Below are positions 1-7,496 of a stretch of 20,205 nt of DNA, one piece after another. Numbering within the stretch: position 1 is the first letter of the stretch; the number at the start of each line of letters is the position of its first letter. This stretch comes from Flavobacteriales bacterium (GTDB lineage: Bacteria; Bacteroidota; Bacteroidia; Palsa-965), in contig JBEIPA010000048.1 of assembly GCA_040377305.1 (NCBI GenBank), positions 1-20,205 of the forward strand, given 5' to 3'. The notes under the pieces were generated by a model that did no database searches, was not told the origin of the DNA, and saw nothing but the letters and a program-made list of their open reading frames with translations. A program made the position numbers and the translations under genes.

Positions 1-217
1 ATGTAAAAATATCCAAACTAGTCGGGAACAAACGTTTGAAAACGGCTCGGAGTTGCAATTGACACCGTGCAAGGGTTAAGCCCTTGGAGGGTTATGCGCG
101 CGCGTATGCTATGTGAAAAAATCCACACTAGTCGGGAACAAACGTCCGCCGCGGCGGAGAAAACGGCTACAGATTAAAGTTTCTACACCCTGCAGGAGTT
201 AAACGCTTGCAGGGTTA
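1..217. repeat. Degenerate direct repeat (two copies, 110-bp offset), each ending in a REP-like hairpin
   Basis: 1-35 atgtaaaaatatccaaactagtcgggaacaaacgt matches 111-145 atgtgaaaaaatccacactagtcgggaacaaacgt. Both continue with gaaaacggct and end in acacc.tgca..gttaa..cttg.agggtta (62-94; 185-217). The array may extend past the window edge. Confidence 0.85.
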
Positions 218-238
218 TCCCTATCTTAGCCTTACCCC

Positions 239-2338
239 ATGAAACGTCACCTCCTCGTTTTACTTACCCTCTGCGCACTCCTTTCCACCAAAGGATCTTT
301 CGCGCAACCCTACAACATCGACAGCCTTCAGCAGGTTCTTCGCACAACTACTCAGCACGATACCGATCGCGTTCTGACGATGATCAACGTTTGTCGTTAT
401 TATCAGAACAACGATTTCGATTCGGTTAAGCGATATGCAAATATTATCGTCGAACTTTCTGATAAAACGGAATTTGCAAAAGGTCAAGGTGGCGGACACA
501 TATTCCTCGGCCTGATGGCGATGTACGAAGGCGATTATCCGTATGCGTTGAGTGAATATGATCTGGCTTACGGATACTATGAGCAAATCGGCATGACGAA
601 GGGAATGGCCAACTGCCTGAACAACAATTCCATTATTTACTCGACTACCGGACAGTATGATCTCGCGGCCGACAATCAGCAGCGCGCACTGGAAATGTAC
701 AAGCAGATTCATAGCGGAACGATGGTCGCGAACAGTCTCAACAACATGGGACTCATTTACGTGAATCAGGAACGTGGAGATGAAGCGTACCCATGGTTGA
801 TGCAGGCGATTGACGTTATGCAGGACAGCGGATTTACATTGTTGCTGCGTAGTCCGTACACCAATCTCGGCATCATTTACCAGCGAAAAATGATGTTGGA
901 TTCCGCAGTTTATTATTTCAACGCTGCCATACCACTCTATGAAGAAGCGCAGGACTATTACCAGCTCGGTGCGTGTTACAGCAACATGGCGTTGGTGTAT
1001 GATCTGAAGGAAGACACTACACGTTCGCTGGAATACAACCGCAAGTCCATGCAGATCAGAAGTGAGATCGGCGATTTGCCCGGTATTGCGATTTCTCAGC
1101 TGAACATCGGTGTTGTATACAGAAAAAACAATCGACCTGATCTTGCCATTCCGTACATCCGTTCAGCAATTCGTCTTGCCGATAGCCTTCACATTCAAAA
1201 CGTAATGTTTGAAGGCTACATGAATCTGGCACAGAACGATTCTGCACTCGGACATTTTGATTCCGCTTTCATTCACATGCAACTTGCACTCCTGCATCGC
1301 GACAGTATGATACAGGAGGAAATCGATGAACGTCTTGCAAACATGCGTGTGAAGTACGATACCGACGAAATTCAAAAGCAGAAAGATGCTGCTGATGTAC
1401 AACTCGAAAAGGAAAAAACAATCCGCACCCTGATCATTTGGGGCTCTGCAATAATTTTCCTCGGATTGATTTTGCTCGCTTTTGCTTTACGTGCAGTACG
1501 GAAAAAGAATACGCTCCTGGGAACACAACGACAGGAAATTCTCACCAAGAACTACGAGCTCGAATTTCAGAACAACGTCATTCGCGATCAGAAGCAAGAG
1601 ATCACGGACAGTATTAACTATGCCTACAACATTCAGCAATCGTTGTTGCCTTCGCGTGAAGAACTGAAAGCTGCACTGCCCGATTCGTTTGTGATGTTTC
1701 GTCCGAAGGATATCATCAGCGGCGACTTTTATTTAGTAAGCAAAGTGAAAGACTCGGTCATCTTCATTGTAGCCGATTGCACAGGTCATGGTGTTCCGGG
1801 AGCAATGATGAGTATGCTCGGCGTTGAGGAATTTCAGAAAGCGATTGCACTGACTCAACATCCCGGAGAAATTATTGCAGAAGTGAATCGCTCTGTGAAA
1901 AGCGTTCTGAAACAATCCGTAGAAGGAAGTTCATCGCGCGATGGAATGGATGTTGCCGTTTGCGTGCTCACCGGAAACAAACTTCAGTATGCAGGTGCGC
2001 ATCGCCCGTTGTGGATTTGCCGCAAAGGTGAACTCACCGAACAGAAGGCAACCAAAGTTTCAGTTGGCGGAATAACTCCAAACGATCAGGTCTTCGAAAC
2101 GCACGATGTTCACATTCAGTTCGGCGATATGATCTATCTCACTTCCGATGGCTTTGCCGATCAGTTCGGTGGTGAAACCGGCAAGAAGATGATGACGAAG
2201 AACATGAAGCAGTTTCTGTGCAGCATCTACACCCACAGCACCGCCGATCAGAAAAAAGAACTTGAAACACTATTCCAGAAGTGGAAAGGCACTATTGAAC
2301 AGGTCGATGACGTTTGCGTATTGGGTGTAAGAATATAG
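239..2338 (+). CDS. Membrane-anchored TPR-sensor / SpoIIE (RsbU-like PP2C) serine phosphatase
   Basis: Signal peptide, multiple TPR-like repeats (e.g. ANSLNNMGLIY), one TM helix (LIIWGSAIIFLGLILLAFAL) and a coiled coil. PP2C motifs SGDFY, VADCTGHGVPGA, DGMD, SDGFADQFGG and DDVCVLG. Confidence 0.93.
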   Translation: MKRHLLVLLTLCALLSTKGSFAQPYNIDSLQQVLRTTTQHDTDRVLTMINVCRYYQNNDFDSVKRYANIIVELSDKTEFAKGQGGGHIFLGLMAMYEGDYPYALSEYDLAYGYYEQIGMTKGMANCLNNNSIIYSTTGQYDLAADNQQRALEMYKQIHSGTMVANSLNNMGLIYVNQERGDEAYPWLMQAIDVMQDSGFTLLLRSPYTNLGIIYQRKMMLDSAVYYFNAAIPLYEEAQDYYQLGACYSNMALVYDLKEDTTRSLEYNRKSMQIRSEIGDLPGIAISQLNIGVVYRKNNRPDLAIPYIRSAIRLADSLHIQNVMFEGYMNLAQNDSALGHFDSAFIHMQLALLHRDSMIQEEIDERLANMRVKYDTDEIQKQKDAADVQLEKEKTIRTLIIWGSAIIFLGLILLAFALRAVRKKNTLLGTQRQEILTKNYELEFQNNVIRDQKQEITDSINYAYNIQQSLLPSREELKAALPDSFVMFRPKDIISGDFYLVSKVKDSVIFIVADCTGHGVPGAMMSMLGVEEFQKAIALTQHPGEIIAEVNRSVKSVLKQSVEGSSSRDGMDVAVCVLTGNKLQYAGAHRPLWICRKGELTEQKATKVSVGGITPNDQVFETHDVHIQFGDMIYLTSDGFADQFGGETGKKMMTKNMKQFLCSIYTHSTADQKKELETLFQKWKGTIEQVDDVCVLGVRI

Positions 2339-2423
2339 TGTCAGATAGACTTACGCAAACGACCTGAATCTCACTGCTGTTCACGCAAAGTCACGATGCC
2401 GATAAGGCTTTGCCTTCGTCGGC

Positions 2424-2459
2424 ATTGACGGTGTTTGTGTGATTGGGGTGAGAATCTAA
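2424..2459 (+). pseudogene. Orphan 3'-end fragment of a SpoIIE-type gene (IDGVCVIGVRI*)
   Basis: att gac ggt gtt tgt gtg att ggg gtg aga atc taa parallels the upstream gene's end VDDVCVLGVRI* (2303-2338). Confidence 0.65.
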
Positions 2460-2531
2460 ATTTGATCATTGTTTGTTGAGCGTTGAACATTGAACATTCC
2501 TTTTCCTCGTCGATTTGACCTGTAGAAACGA

Positions 2532-2565
2532 GAAGAGCATCTTACCCCCATGTAAGATGCTCTTC
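2532..2565 (-). terminator. 14-bp hairpin between convergent genes, probable terminator
   Basis: gaagagcatcttac-ccccat-gtaagatgctcttc is a perfect stem. The U-tract on the minus strand is weak. Confidence 0.6.
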
Positions 2566-2593
2566 AACCACACATAATCAACGGGGAGTTATT

Positions 2594-2678
2594 CAGTAAG
2601 CAGTTGGAAGTCTATTTGAAAAGTTCCTAACCAAATCTGTTTTGACTGCCTACTGCCCTACTGAATTACTGCCTACTG
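2594..2678. repeat. Inverted heptamer arrays (CAGTAGG / TACTGCC)
   Basis: cagtaag cagttgg aagtc (2594-2612) faces gactgcc tactgcc c tactgaa t tactgcc tactg (2644-2678), which lies 2 nt from the stop codon at 2681. Confidence 0.7.
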
Positions 2679-2680
2679 TA

Positions 2681-3427
2681 TTAAAAATTCAGTGAAATTC
2701 CTGCGCTGAACGGATACAAAGCCGGTCCACGGTTTTCTTTGAAGAACTCATTGAGTTGATAGTTCGCGAAGATTGAAAAGTCGCCGTAACCAACGCGTGC
2801 TGTTGCTGCGTAGCGGAAAGGATTCACATTGAAATCATCTTTCAGTTTACGCTTCGATTCAATTCCGTCCACGGTATATTCCTGTTTCAAACGGTTGCGA
2901 AAAATATTGTAGCCACCTGTTACGCCCACCGCAATGTGAAAGCTCTTGTCATCTTCTTTGCTGGTGTTGAACTCGAGCAATACCGGAATGTTCACCCATG
3001 TCGTTTTCAATTTGTTCTTGCTGTAATCAATGTTCGTTTCAGAAGCAGTTACCGTTGGTGAATCAGCGTCGAGCGACCAGTTGTTACGGAATGCATAAGA
3101 ATTCCATTCGAGTCCGATTCCGGTTACAACCTGAACATAGTTCTTCACGATTTTCAGATTGTACTGACCCATATTCCACGCAATTGAATGTGAGCGGGAA
3201 TAATCGAGTTCAAGAAATGGCGATCCTATTGGAACCTGCAAGCTGTTTGTTGGAGTCAAGTAACCGTTTACTCCAATGTCGAGTCCCTGCCAGTATTTGA
3301 ATTCGCCGCGCGATTCAATGTTGAGTGAGTCTTCCCAGCAAACTTGTCCGCATGGTTTGTCGCCGATTCCGGCAAATGCCGCAGTTGATGTAAATGCAAG
3401 TGCGATAGAGTAGAATATCTTTTTCAT
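2681..3427 (-). CDS. Outer-membrane beta-barrel protein
   Basis: Signal peptide (…TSTAAFA), amphipathic beta-strands, a Bacteroidota OMP-like motif (KLKTTWVNIPVLLEF) and a C-terminal Phe (GISLNF). Confidence 0.85.
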   Translation of the reverse strand: MKKIFYSIALAFTSTAAFAGIGDKPCGQVCWEDSLNIESRGEFKYWQGLDIGVNGYLTPTNSLQVPIGSPFLELDYSRSHSIAWNMGQYNLKIVKNYVQVVTGIGLEWNSYAFRNNWSLDADSPTVTASETNIDYSKNKLKTTWVNIPVLLEFNTSKEDDKSFHIAVGVTGGYNIFRNRLKQEYTVDGIESKRKLKDDFNVNPFRYAATARVGYGDFSIFANYQLNEFFKENRGPALYPFSAGISLNF

Positions 3428-3462
3428 GGTGTGATAGTTTTCTGTTGTTGCTTATTTGATCA

Positions 3463-3492
3463 TAAGACGCCCTGCCCTTTTTGTTTGTTACA
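3463..3492 (-). promoter_or_regulatory. ECF-sigma-like promoter TGTAAC-N17-CGTCTTA
   Basis: The minus strand reads tgtaac aaacaaaaagggcaggg cgtctta, 35 nt upstream of the OMP start. The same motif occurs upstream of sppA. Confidence 0.65.
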
Positions 3493-3559
3493 GAGTATGT
3501 GAAGATTTTCCAAAATCGCGTCAGATAGCTAGATTTCGCAGGCTCACAAACAAAAATCA

Positions 3560-3619
3560 ACCGCCAAGACGCCAAAACGCCAAGGCATAATTTTCTTGGC
3601 GTTTTGGCGTCTTGGCGGT
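3560..3619. repeat. Perfect 25-bp inverted repeat built of ACGCCAAR octamers (REP-like)
   Basis: accgccaagacgccaaaacgccaag, a 10-nt loop, then cttggcgttttggcgtcttggcggt. Confidence 0.9.
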
Positions 3620-3651
3620 AATAATATGACACCGTGCGTACTTTTACAGCG

Positions 3652-4197
3652 ATGGCAGAAAACCGCAAATTGAGCATGGAAGAACTCGGTCGCTTAAACC
3701 CCGACGAGTTTCATTCTTCTGAAAAAACACCATTGCTATTCCTGCTCGATGATGTTCGCAGCATGAACAACGTAGGATCTGTGTTCAGGACTGCAGATGC
3801 TTTTCGTCTCGAAGGAATTTACCTCTGCGGAATTACGCCGCAACCACCGCATCGGGAAATACAGAAGACGGCGTTGGGAGCAACCGAATCCGTGGAGTGG
3901 AAATATGCACAGTCGGCCTGTGACGCGGTTAGGGCACTGAAAGAACTAGGTTATGTCATTGTGTGCGCCGAACAAGTAGAGTTCAGCGTGATGCTGGAAG
4001 ACGCTCAATTTATTGTGGGAGATAAATATGTCGTCGTTCTCGGTAGCGAAGTCGATGGTGTAAATCAGGAGATCATAAATCTGGCGGATTACTGCGTAGA
4101 GATTCCGCAGGTCGGGACAAAGCATTCGTTGAATATATCCGTGGCGGCGGGAATAATTGCGTGGGAGATATTCCGGCAGACGTCCATTGAAAAATGA
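3652..4197 (+). CDS. TrmH/SpoU-family RNA 2'-O-methyltransferase
   Basis: SPOUT motifs LDDVRSMNNVGSVFRTADAF, LGSEVDGV and IPQVGTKHSLNISVAAGI. The ATG at 3652 is preferred over GTG 3634 because the -7 box TACTTTTA (3639-3646) lies between them. Confidence 0.93.
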   Translation: MAENRKLSMEELGRLNPDEFHSSEKTPLLFLLDDVRSMNNVGSVFRTADAFRLEGIYLCGITPQPPHREIQKTALGATESVEWKYAQSACDAVRALKELGYVIVCAEQVEFSVMLEDAQFIVGDKYVVVLGSEVDGVNQEIINLADYCVEIPQVGTKHSLNISVAAGIIAWEIFRQTSIEK

Positions 4198-4347
4198 ACA
4201 CTTGGCGTTTGACATTAGACGTTTGAGATTCCGCGTTTGACATTTGGCGTTGAACTTTCGGCGTTTGTTCGCGATAGCTATCTGGAGCGTCCATCCATCA
4301 CATGTGTCAACAATGTTCAATATCAAACGCCAAACTCTCAATGTCCA
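4195..4347. repeat. Inverted heptamer arrays (TTGACAT/TTGGCGT family)
   Basis: Ten units in exact 7-nt phase at 4195-4264, a spacer containing palindrome gatagctatc (4273-4282), then five or six reverse-complement units at 4304-4347. Confidence 0.85.
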
Positions 4348-4351
4348 GCAC

Positions 4352-4387
4352 AAAAAAAGCCCCGACATTTCTGTCAGGGCTTCTTTA
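4352..4387 (-). terminator. Intrinsic terminator, probably bidirectional
   Basis: The minus strand reads gccctgaca-gaaa-tgtcggggc-ttttttt. The plus strand also has a T-rich tail. Confidence 0.85.
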
Positions 4388-4403
4388 TACCTATTAGGAT
4401 TTC

Positions 4404-6128
4404 TTAGTTAACGATCCCCTGGAAGTCCGCATCATCACGGTACTTGAGGAACTCAACGTCAGTCTTCGCTTTTGCTTTCAAAGAAGGATCTTTTGAAGTC
4501 GCAGTGCGGAGGTTGTTGATCAGCATGTCTTTGTTGCCTTTGCGTGCACCAACGATTGCTTTGAGGTAGTAAGACAATGCGTCTTCTTTCTCAGAGCTAG
4601 CATCAATAACACCTGCAGCACCGTCAAGGTCACCGCTCAATACTTTTGCAAGTCCAACGTTGAACGACTTAGCAGCACCGAAGTTGGTCAATGCATCAGC
4701 ATATTTTCCGTCCTGGATGTCGATGAGTCCGAGGTTGTAAGAAACTTCAGGACCTGCAGCTTTCGCTTTGTTCAATGTCTCACGTGCAGTCTTGCGATCA
4801 CCTTCCCAACGCATAACGATTGCCTGGTTGTTCATGATCACCGGATTGTTTGGAGAAATACCAGCTGCTTTGTTGAACTGTGCTTTCGCATCAGACAACT
4901 TATTCTGCTGAAGGTAGATGCAACCAATGTTGTTAGATGTTCTCCAGTCGCCAGGATACATACGCTCAGAAGCTTTGTAGAACGTAAGCTTCTCGTTCAT
5001 ATCTGTAGTCAAAGTTGCAGCGTAAAGAATTTCTTCAACTGACAATGAATCAGGAGTTGTGCGTGCAAGAGCAAGAATCTGCTCATCTGTACGGTTGTGC
5101 TTGATTACGTTTACTGTGTAAACAGAACGACGAAGGCTAGGAAGAATGTCTTTCTTAAGTTCTTCATAAGTCTCAGACATATTTTTGATTTCCTGCTCGC
5201 GCTTCTCTCCGTCAGGGTACTGACCAAGAACACGAAGGATCAAATCTTTATCCTTAATAGAAGATGCAGAAACTGCAGCCTGGAAACCAGGCCAATCTTC
5301 AGCAACTGTTTGCTTCTGGTAAGATGCGTCGTTTTGTCCGGCAGGGAAAGGATTCTTTTTATCCTTAGACTGTCCAACCATGTCTTTCTTCGACTTCTCG
5401 AAACGATCTTCAGCAAGCTCAGCGTTTCCGCCAGACTCACCATCAGGAGATGCGTAAGAAGAAATAGAGATGTTCTTGATTTCGTAATTCGGGTTATTGC
5501 CATTAGCCTTAGTGAAATCATTCACTGGCTTCATGCCTTCACCTTTCATGTCCTTCTTAGCAACGTAAGATGTAGAGCTGATCACGAAGTTTGTCTGACC
5601 AACTACAGCCATTGGAGTAGTTTTTTCAAACTTGTCTTTTCCAATGATTGGCTTGTCATCATTCTTCATCAGGTACGGAGTAATGATTGTTCCGTGACCG
5701 ATAACACGTGATGGCATCTCTTTCGTCTTGTTCTTAACCTGACCAGAAGCGTTAACTTTCAAATCAGCGTCAAGCATATCCGGAGTATACGGCTGCTTAT
5801 CAGTGTAGGTGTAAGATCCACCTGTCTTGTAATTGATTTTTGTTCCGGTTCCTTCAGCTTTCTCTCCAAGAAGAGTCACTTGCTTGAACTTGTGGTCGCC
5901 CAATTGTGGTTGAACATTCAACACAACTTTCTTACCGAAATATTTCGCTGGGTAGTTAACAGTAACTGTAATAGCAACACTGTCACCGTGCATCTCTGCC
6001 GGATTAGGTGTAACAGAATACTGAACCAAGGCTTCTTTCTTCGCCATTTTATTCAATCCCGTGCAAGACGCGAGACCGAACATGGCAAGAACTGCCAGGC
6101 TAAGGATGTTAAGTTTGGAATTTTTCAT
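4404..6128 (-). CDS. Lipoprotein with degenerate OmpA-like domain and C-terminal TPR repeats
   Basis: Lipobox LAS-C, an OmpA-like segment ISISSYASPDG…NAELAEDR, and TPRs (NNIGCIYLQQNKLSDAKAQFNKA). Promoter box TAATTTTG at 6161-6168 (-). Confidence 0.85.
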   Translation of the reverse strand: MKNSKLNILSLAVLAMFGLASCTGLNKMAKKEALVQYSVTPNPAEMHGDSVAITVTVNYPAKYFGKKVVLNVQPQLGDHKFKQVTLLGEKAEGTGTKINYKTGGSYTYTDKQPYTPDMLDADLKVNASGQVKNKTKEMPSRVIGHGTIITPYLMKNDDKPIIGKDKFEKTTPMAVVGQTNFVISSTSYVAKKDMKGEGMKPVNDFTKANGNNPNYEIKNISISSYASPDGESGGNAELAEDRFEKSKKDMVGQSKDKKNPFPAGQNDASYQKQTVAEDWPGFQAAVSASSIKDKDLILRVLGQYPDGEKREQEIKNMSETYEELKKDILPSLRRSVYTVNVIKHNRTDEQILALARTTPDSLSVEEILYAATLTTDMNEKLTFYKASERMYPGDWRTSNNIGCIYLQQNKLSDAKAQFNKAAGISPNNPVIMNNQAIVMRWEGDRKTARETLNKAKAAGPEVSYNLGLIDIQDGKYADALTNFGAAKSFNVGLAKVLSGDLDGAAGVIDASSEKEDALSYYLKAIVGARKGNKDMLINNLRTATSKDPSLKAKAKTDVEFLKYRDDADFQGIVN

Positions 6129-6232
6129 GATCAGGTAGGCTTATCCTTTTTGGTACGCGGCAAAATTAGAATAATTCCCGAAATACTAAAGGAATTTACG
6201 GCATTTCGCGCCTTTGGGGCGATCCTTCTACA

Positions 6233-6847
6233 TCATTTGCCGATAACGTGCAATCCCTTGCCGAAGGACTGTTCCATAAGCTTCAATACCGCGGCTGTCA
6301 AGGCTTCCGGGCCCATCTCATGGTTGATCCAAAGTACCGGCATACGGTTCTCTTTTGAAAAAAACTGTTGATAACCTGCACCTATTTGTTGAAGATATTC
6401 CGGTTGTATCGCCTTTTCGAAGTCTCTTCCTCGCTTCGCAATCTGTCGGTGCAGCGTTTCATGTGAGCGATGTAGGTAAATAACCAGATCAGGAACCGGA
6501 ATAGATGCAGCCAATACCTGATAAAGTCGCTCAAATAGCTGTAATTCAGCACCTTTAAGGTTAACCCGCGCAAAAACCATGGACTTTTCCCACAAATAAT
6601 CGGCTACGACGGGCTTCCCGGACGCCAAGGCTTGTTTCACATTCCGGAATCGTTCTTCGAGAAACGATAGCTCAACCGTAAATCCGTAACGCTCCTTATC
6701 GACATAAAAATCGCGGAGGAACGGATTCTCGTCAAACTGCTCCGGTAAAAAAACGGAGGCCGTCCGCTCCGCCAACAGTTGCGCTAATGTCGATTTTCCT
6801 GCACCAATGTTTCCTTCAATGGCTATGTACTTATAAGCAATACTCAT
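6233..6847 (-). CDS. Deoxynucleoside kinase (dNK family)
   Basis: P-loop IEGNIGAGKSTLA, ENPFL..FY, PDLVIYL and lid KRGRDFE. Overlaps the folK stop by ATGA (6844-6847). Confidence 0.92.
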   Translation of the reverse strand: MSIAYKYIAIEGNIGAGKSTLAQLLAERTASVFLPEQFDENPFLRDFYVDKERYGFTVELSFLEERFRNVKQALASGKPVVADYLWEKSMVFARVNLKGAELQLFERLYQVLAASIPVPDLVIYLHRSHETLHRQIAKRGRDFEKAIQPEYLQQIGAGYQQFFSKENRMPVLWINHEMGPEALTAAVLKLMEQSFGKGLHVIGK

Positions 6848-7329
6848 TGTGGTGTCGGGCTAGCAATCGTTTGTCCGCACGCAACAAGTAACTCCGTAAT
6901 CGTCTTCTTCAGCACAGGATGAACCATTTCTGCTGCAATTTCCACCGAAGGCTCCAGCACAAATTTTCGTTCGTGCATATAAGGATGCGGAACAACAACA
7001 ACCGGTGAATTCACAACCGAATCGCCGAAGAGAATAATATCAATGTCGATTATACGCGGCCCCCACTTCTCTTCCCGCACACGACCCATTTCTTTTTCGA
7101 TTCGTAAAATATTCTCCATCAGTTCAGCGACTGTAAGTTGTGTGCTGATGAGGACAGATTGATTCAGAAAATCGGGTTGATCAGTTTTTCCCCAAGGAGC
7201 AGTTGTGTGAACAGAACTGGTTTTGACAACATCAGTCGAGTTCAGGGTATTCAAATAAGCAACTGCGTTCCGAAGATTATCGGAGGAATTGCCGGTATTG
7301 CTGCCGAGGGAAAGAAGTACTTGTGTCAC
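6844..7329 (-). CDS. folK: 2-amino-4-hydroxy-6-hydroxymethyldihydropteridine diphosphokinase
   Basis: LSLGSN, DQPDFLN, EKEMGR…KWGPRIIDIDII and PHP.MHERKFVL. GTG start. Confidence 0.96.
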   Translation of the reverse strand: MTQVLLSLGSNTGNSSDNLRNAVAYLNTLNSTDVVKTSSVHTTAPWGKTDQPDFLNQSVLISTQLTVAELMENILRIEKEMGRVREEKWGPRIIDIDIILFGDSVVNSPVVVVPHPYMHERKFVLEPSVEIAAEMVHPVLKKTITELLVACGQTIASPTPQ

Positions 7330-7342
7330 ACCACGAAGGTAA

Positions 7343-7436
7343 ATGATAGAATGATAGGATTATTTGATGATTAACCCAGAATGAATATATATGAGTTTTT
7401 GCATCTTATCATCCGATCATTCTATCATCTAATCAT
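7343..7436. repeat. Inverted octamer arrays (ATGATAGR / YCTATCAT)
   Basis: atgataga atgatagg attatttg atgattaa (7343-7374) and cttatcat ccgatcat tctatcat ctaatcat (7405-7436). Confidence 0.85.
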
Positions 7437-7439
7437 ACG

Positions 7440-7477
7440 TAACTTTGCTGTAACAAATCCCAGTCTAACACGTCTTA
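7440..7477 (+). promoter_or_regulatory. Tandem promoters for sppA: primary-sigma -7 box and ECF-like TGTAAC-N16-CGTCTTA
   Basis: TAACTTTG at 7440-7447; tgtaac at 7449-7454 and cgtctta at 7471-7477. Confidence 0.65.
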
Positions 7478-7496
7478 GGCTAAACCAGAACGAACC

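Noticed and set aside
1-217. CRISPR array
   Set aside because: Only two copies, the 'spacers' resemble each other, the 110-bp period is too long and there are no cas genes.
2303-2459. Diversity-generating retroelement VR/TR pair
   Set aside because: Only 36 bp, the differences are not adenine-specific and there is no reverse transcriptase.
3315-4368. ORFs 3315-3677, 3946-4368 and 4073-4294 crossing repeat regions
   Set aside because: They are translations of repeat or promoter DNA overlapping real genes.
5097-5711. 204-aa antisense ORF and similar shadow ORFs (260-712, 7475-7882, 13629-14102 and others)
   Set aside because: They lie opposite or within well-supported genes and have no recognisable motifs.
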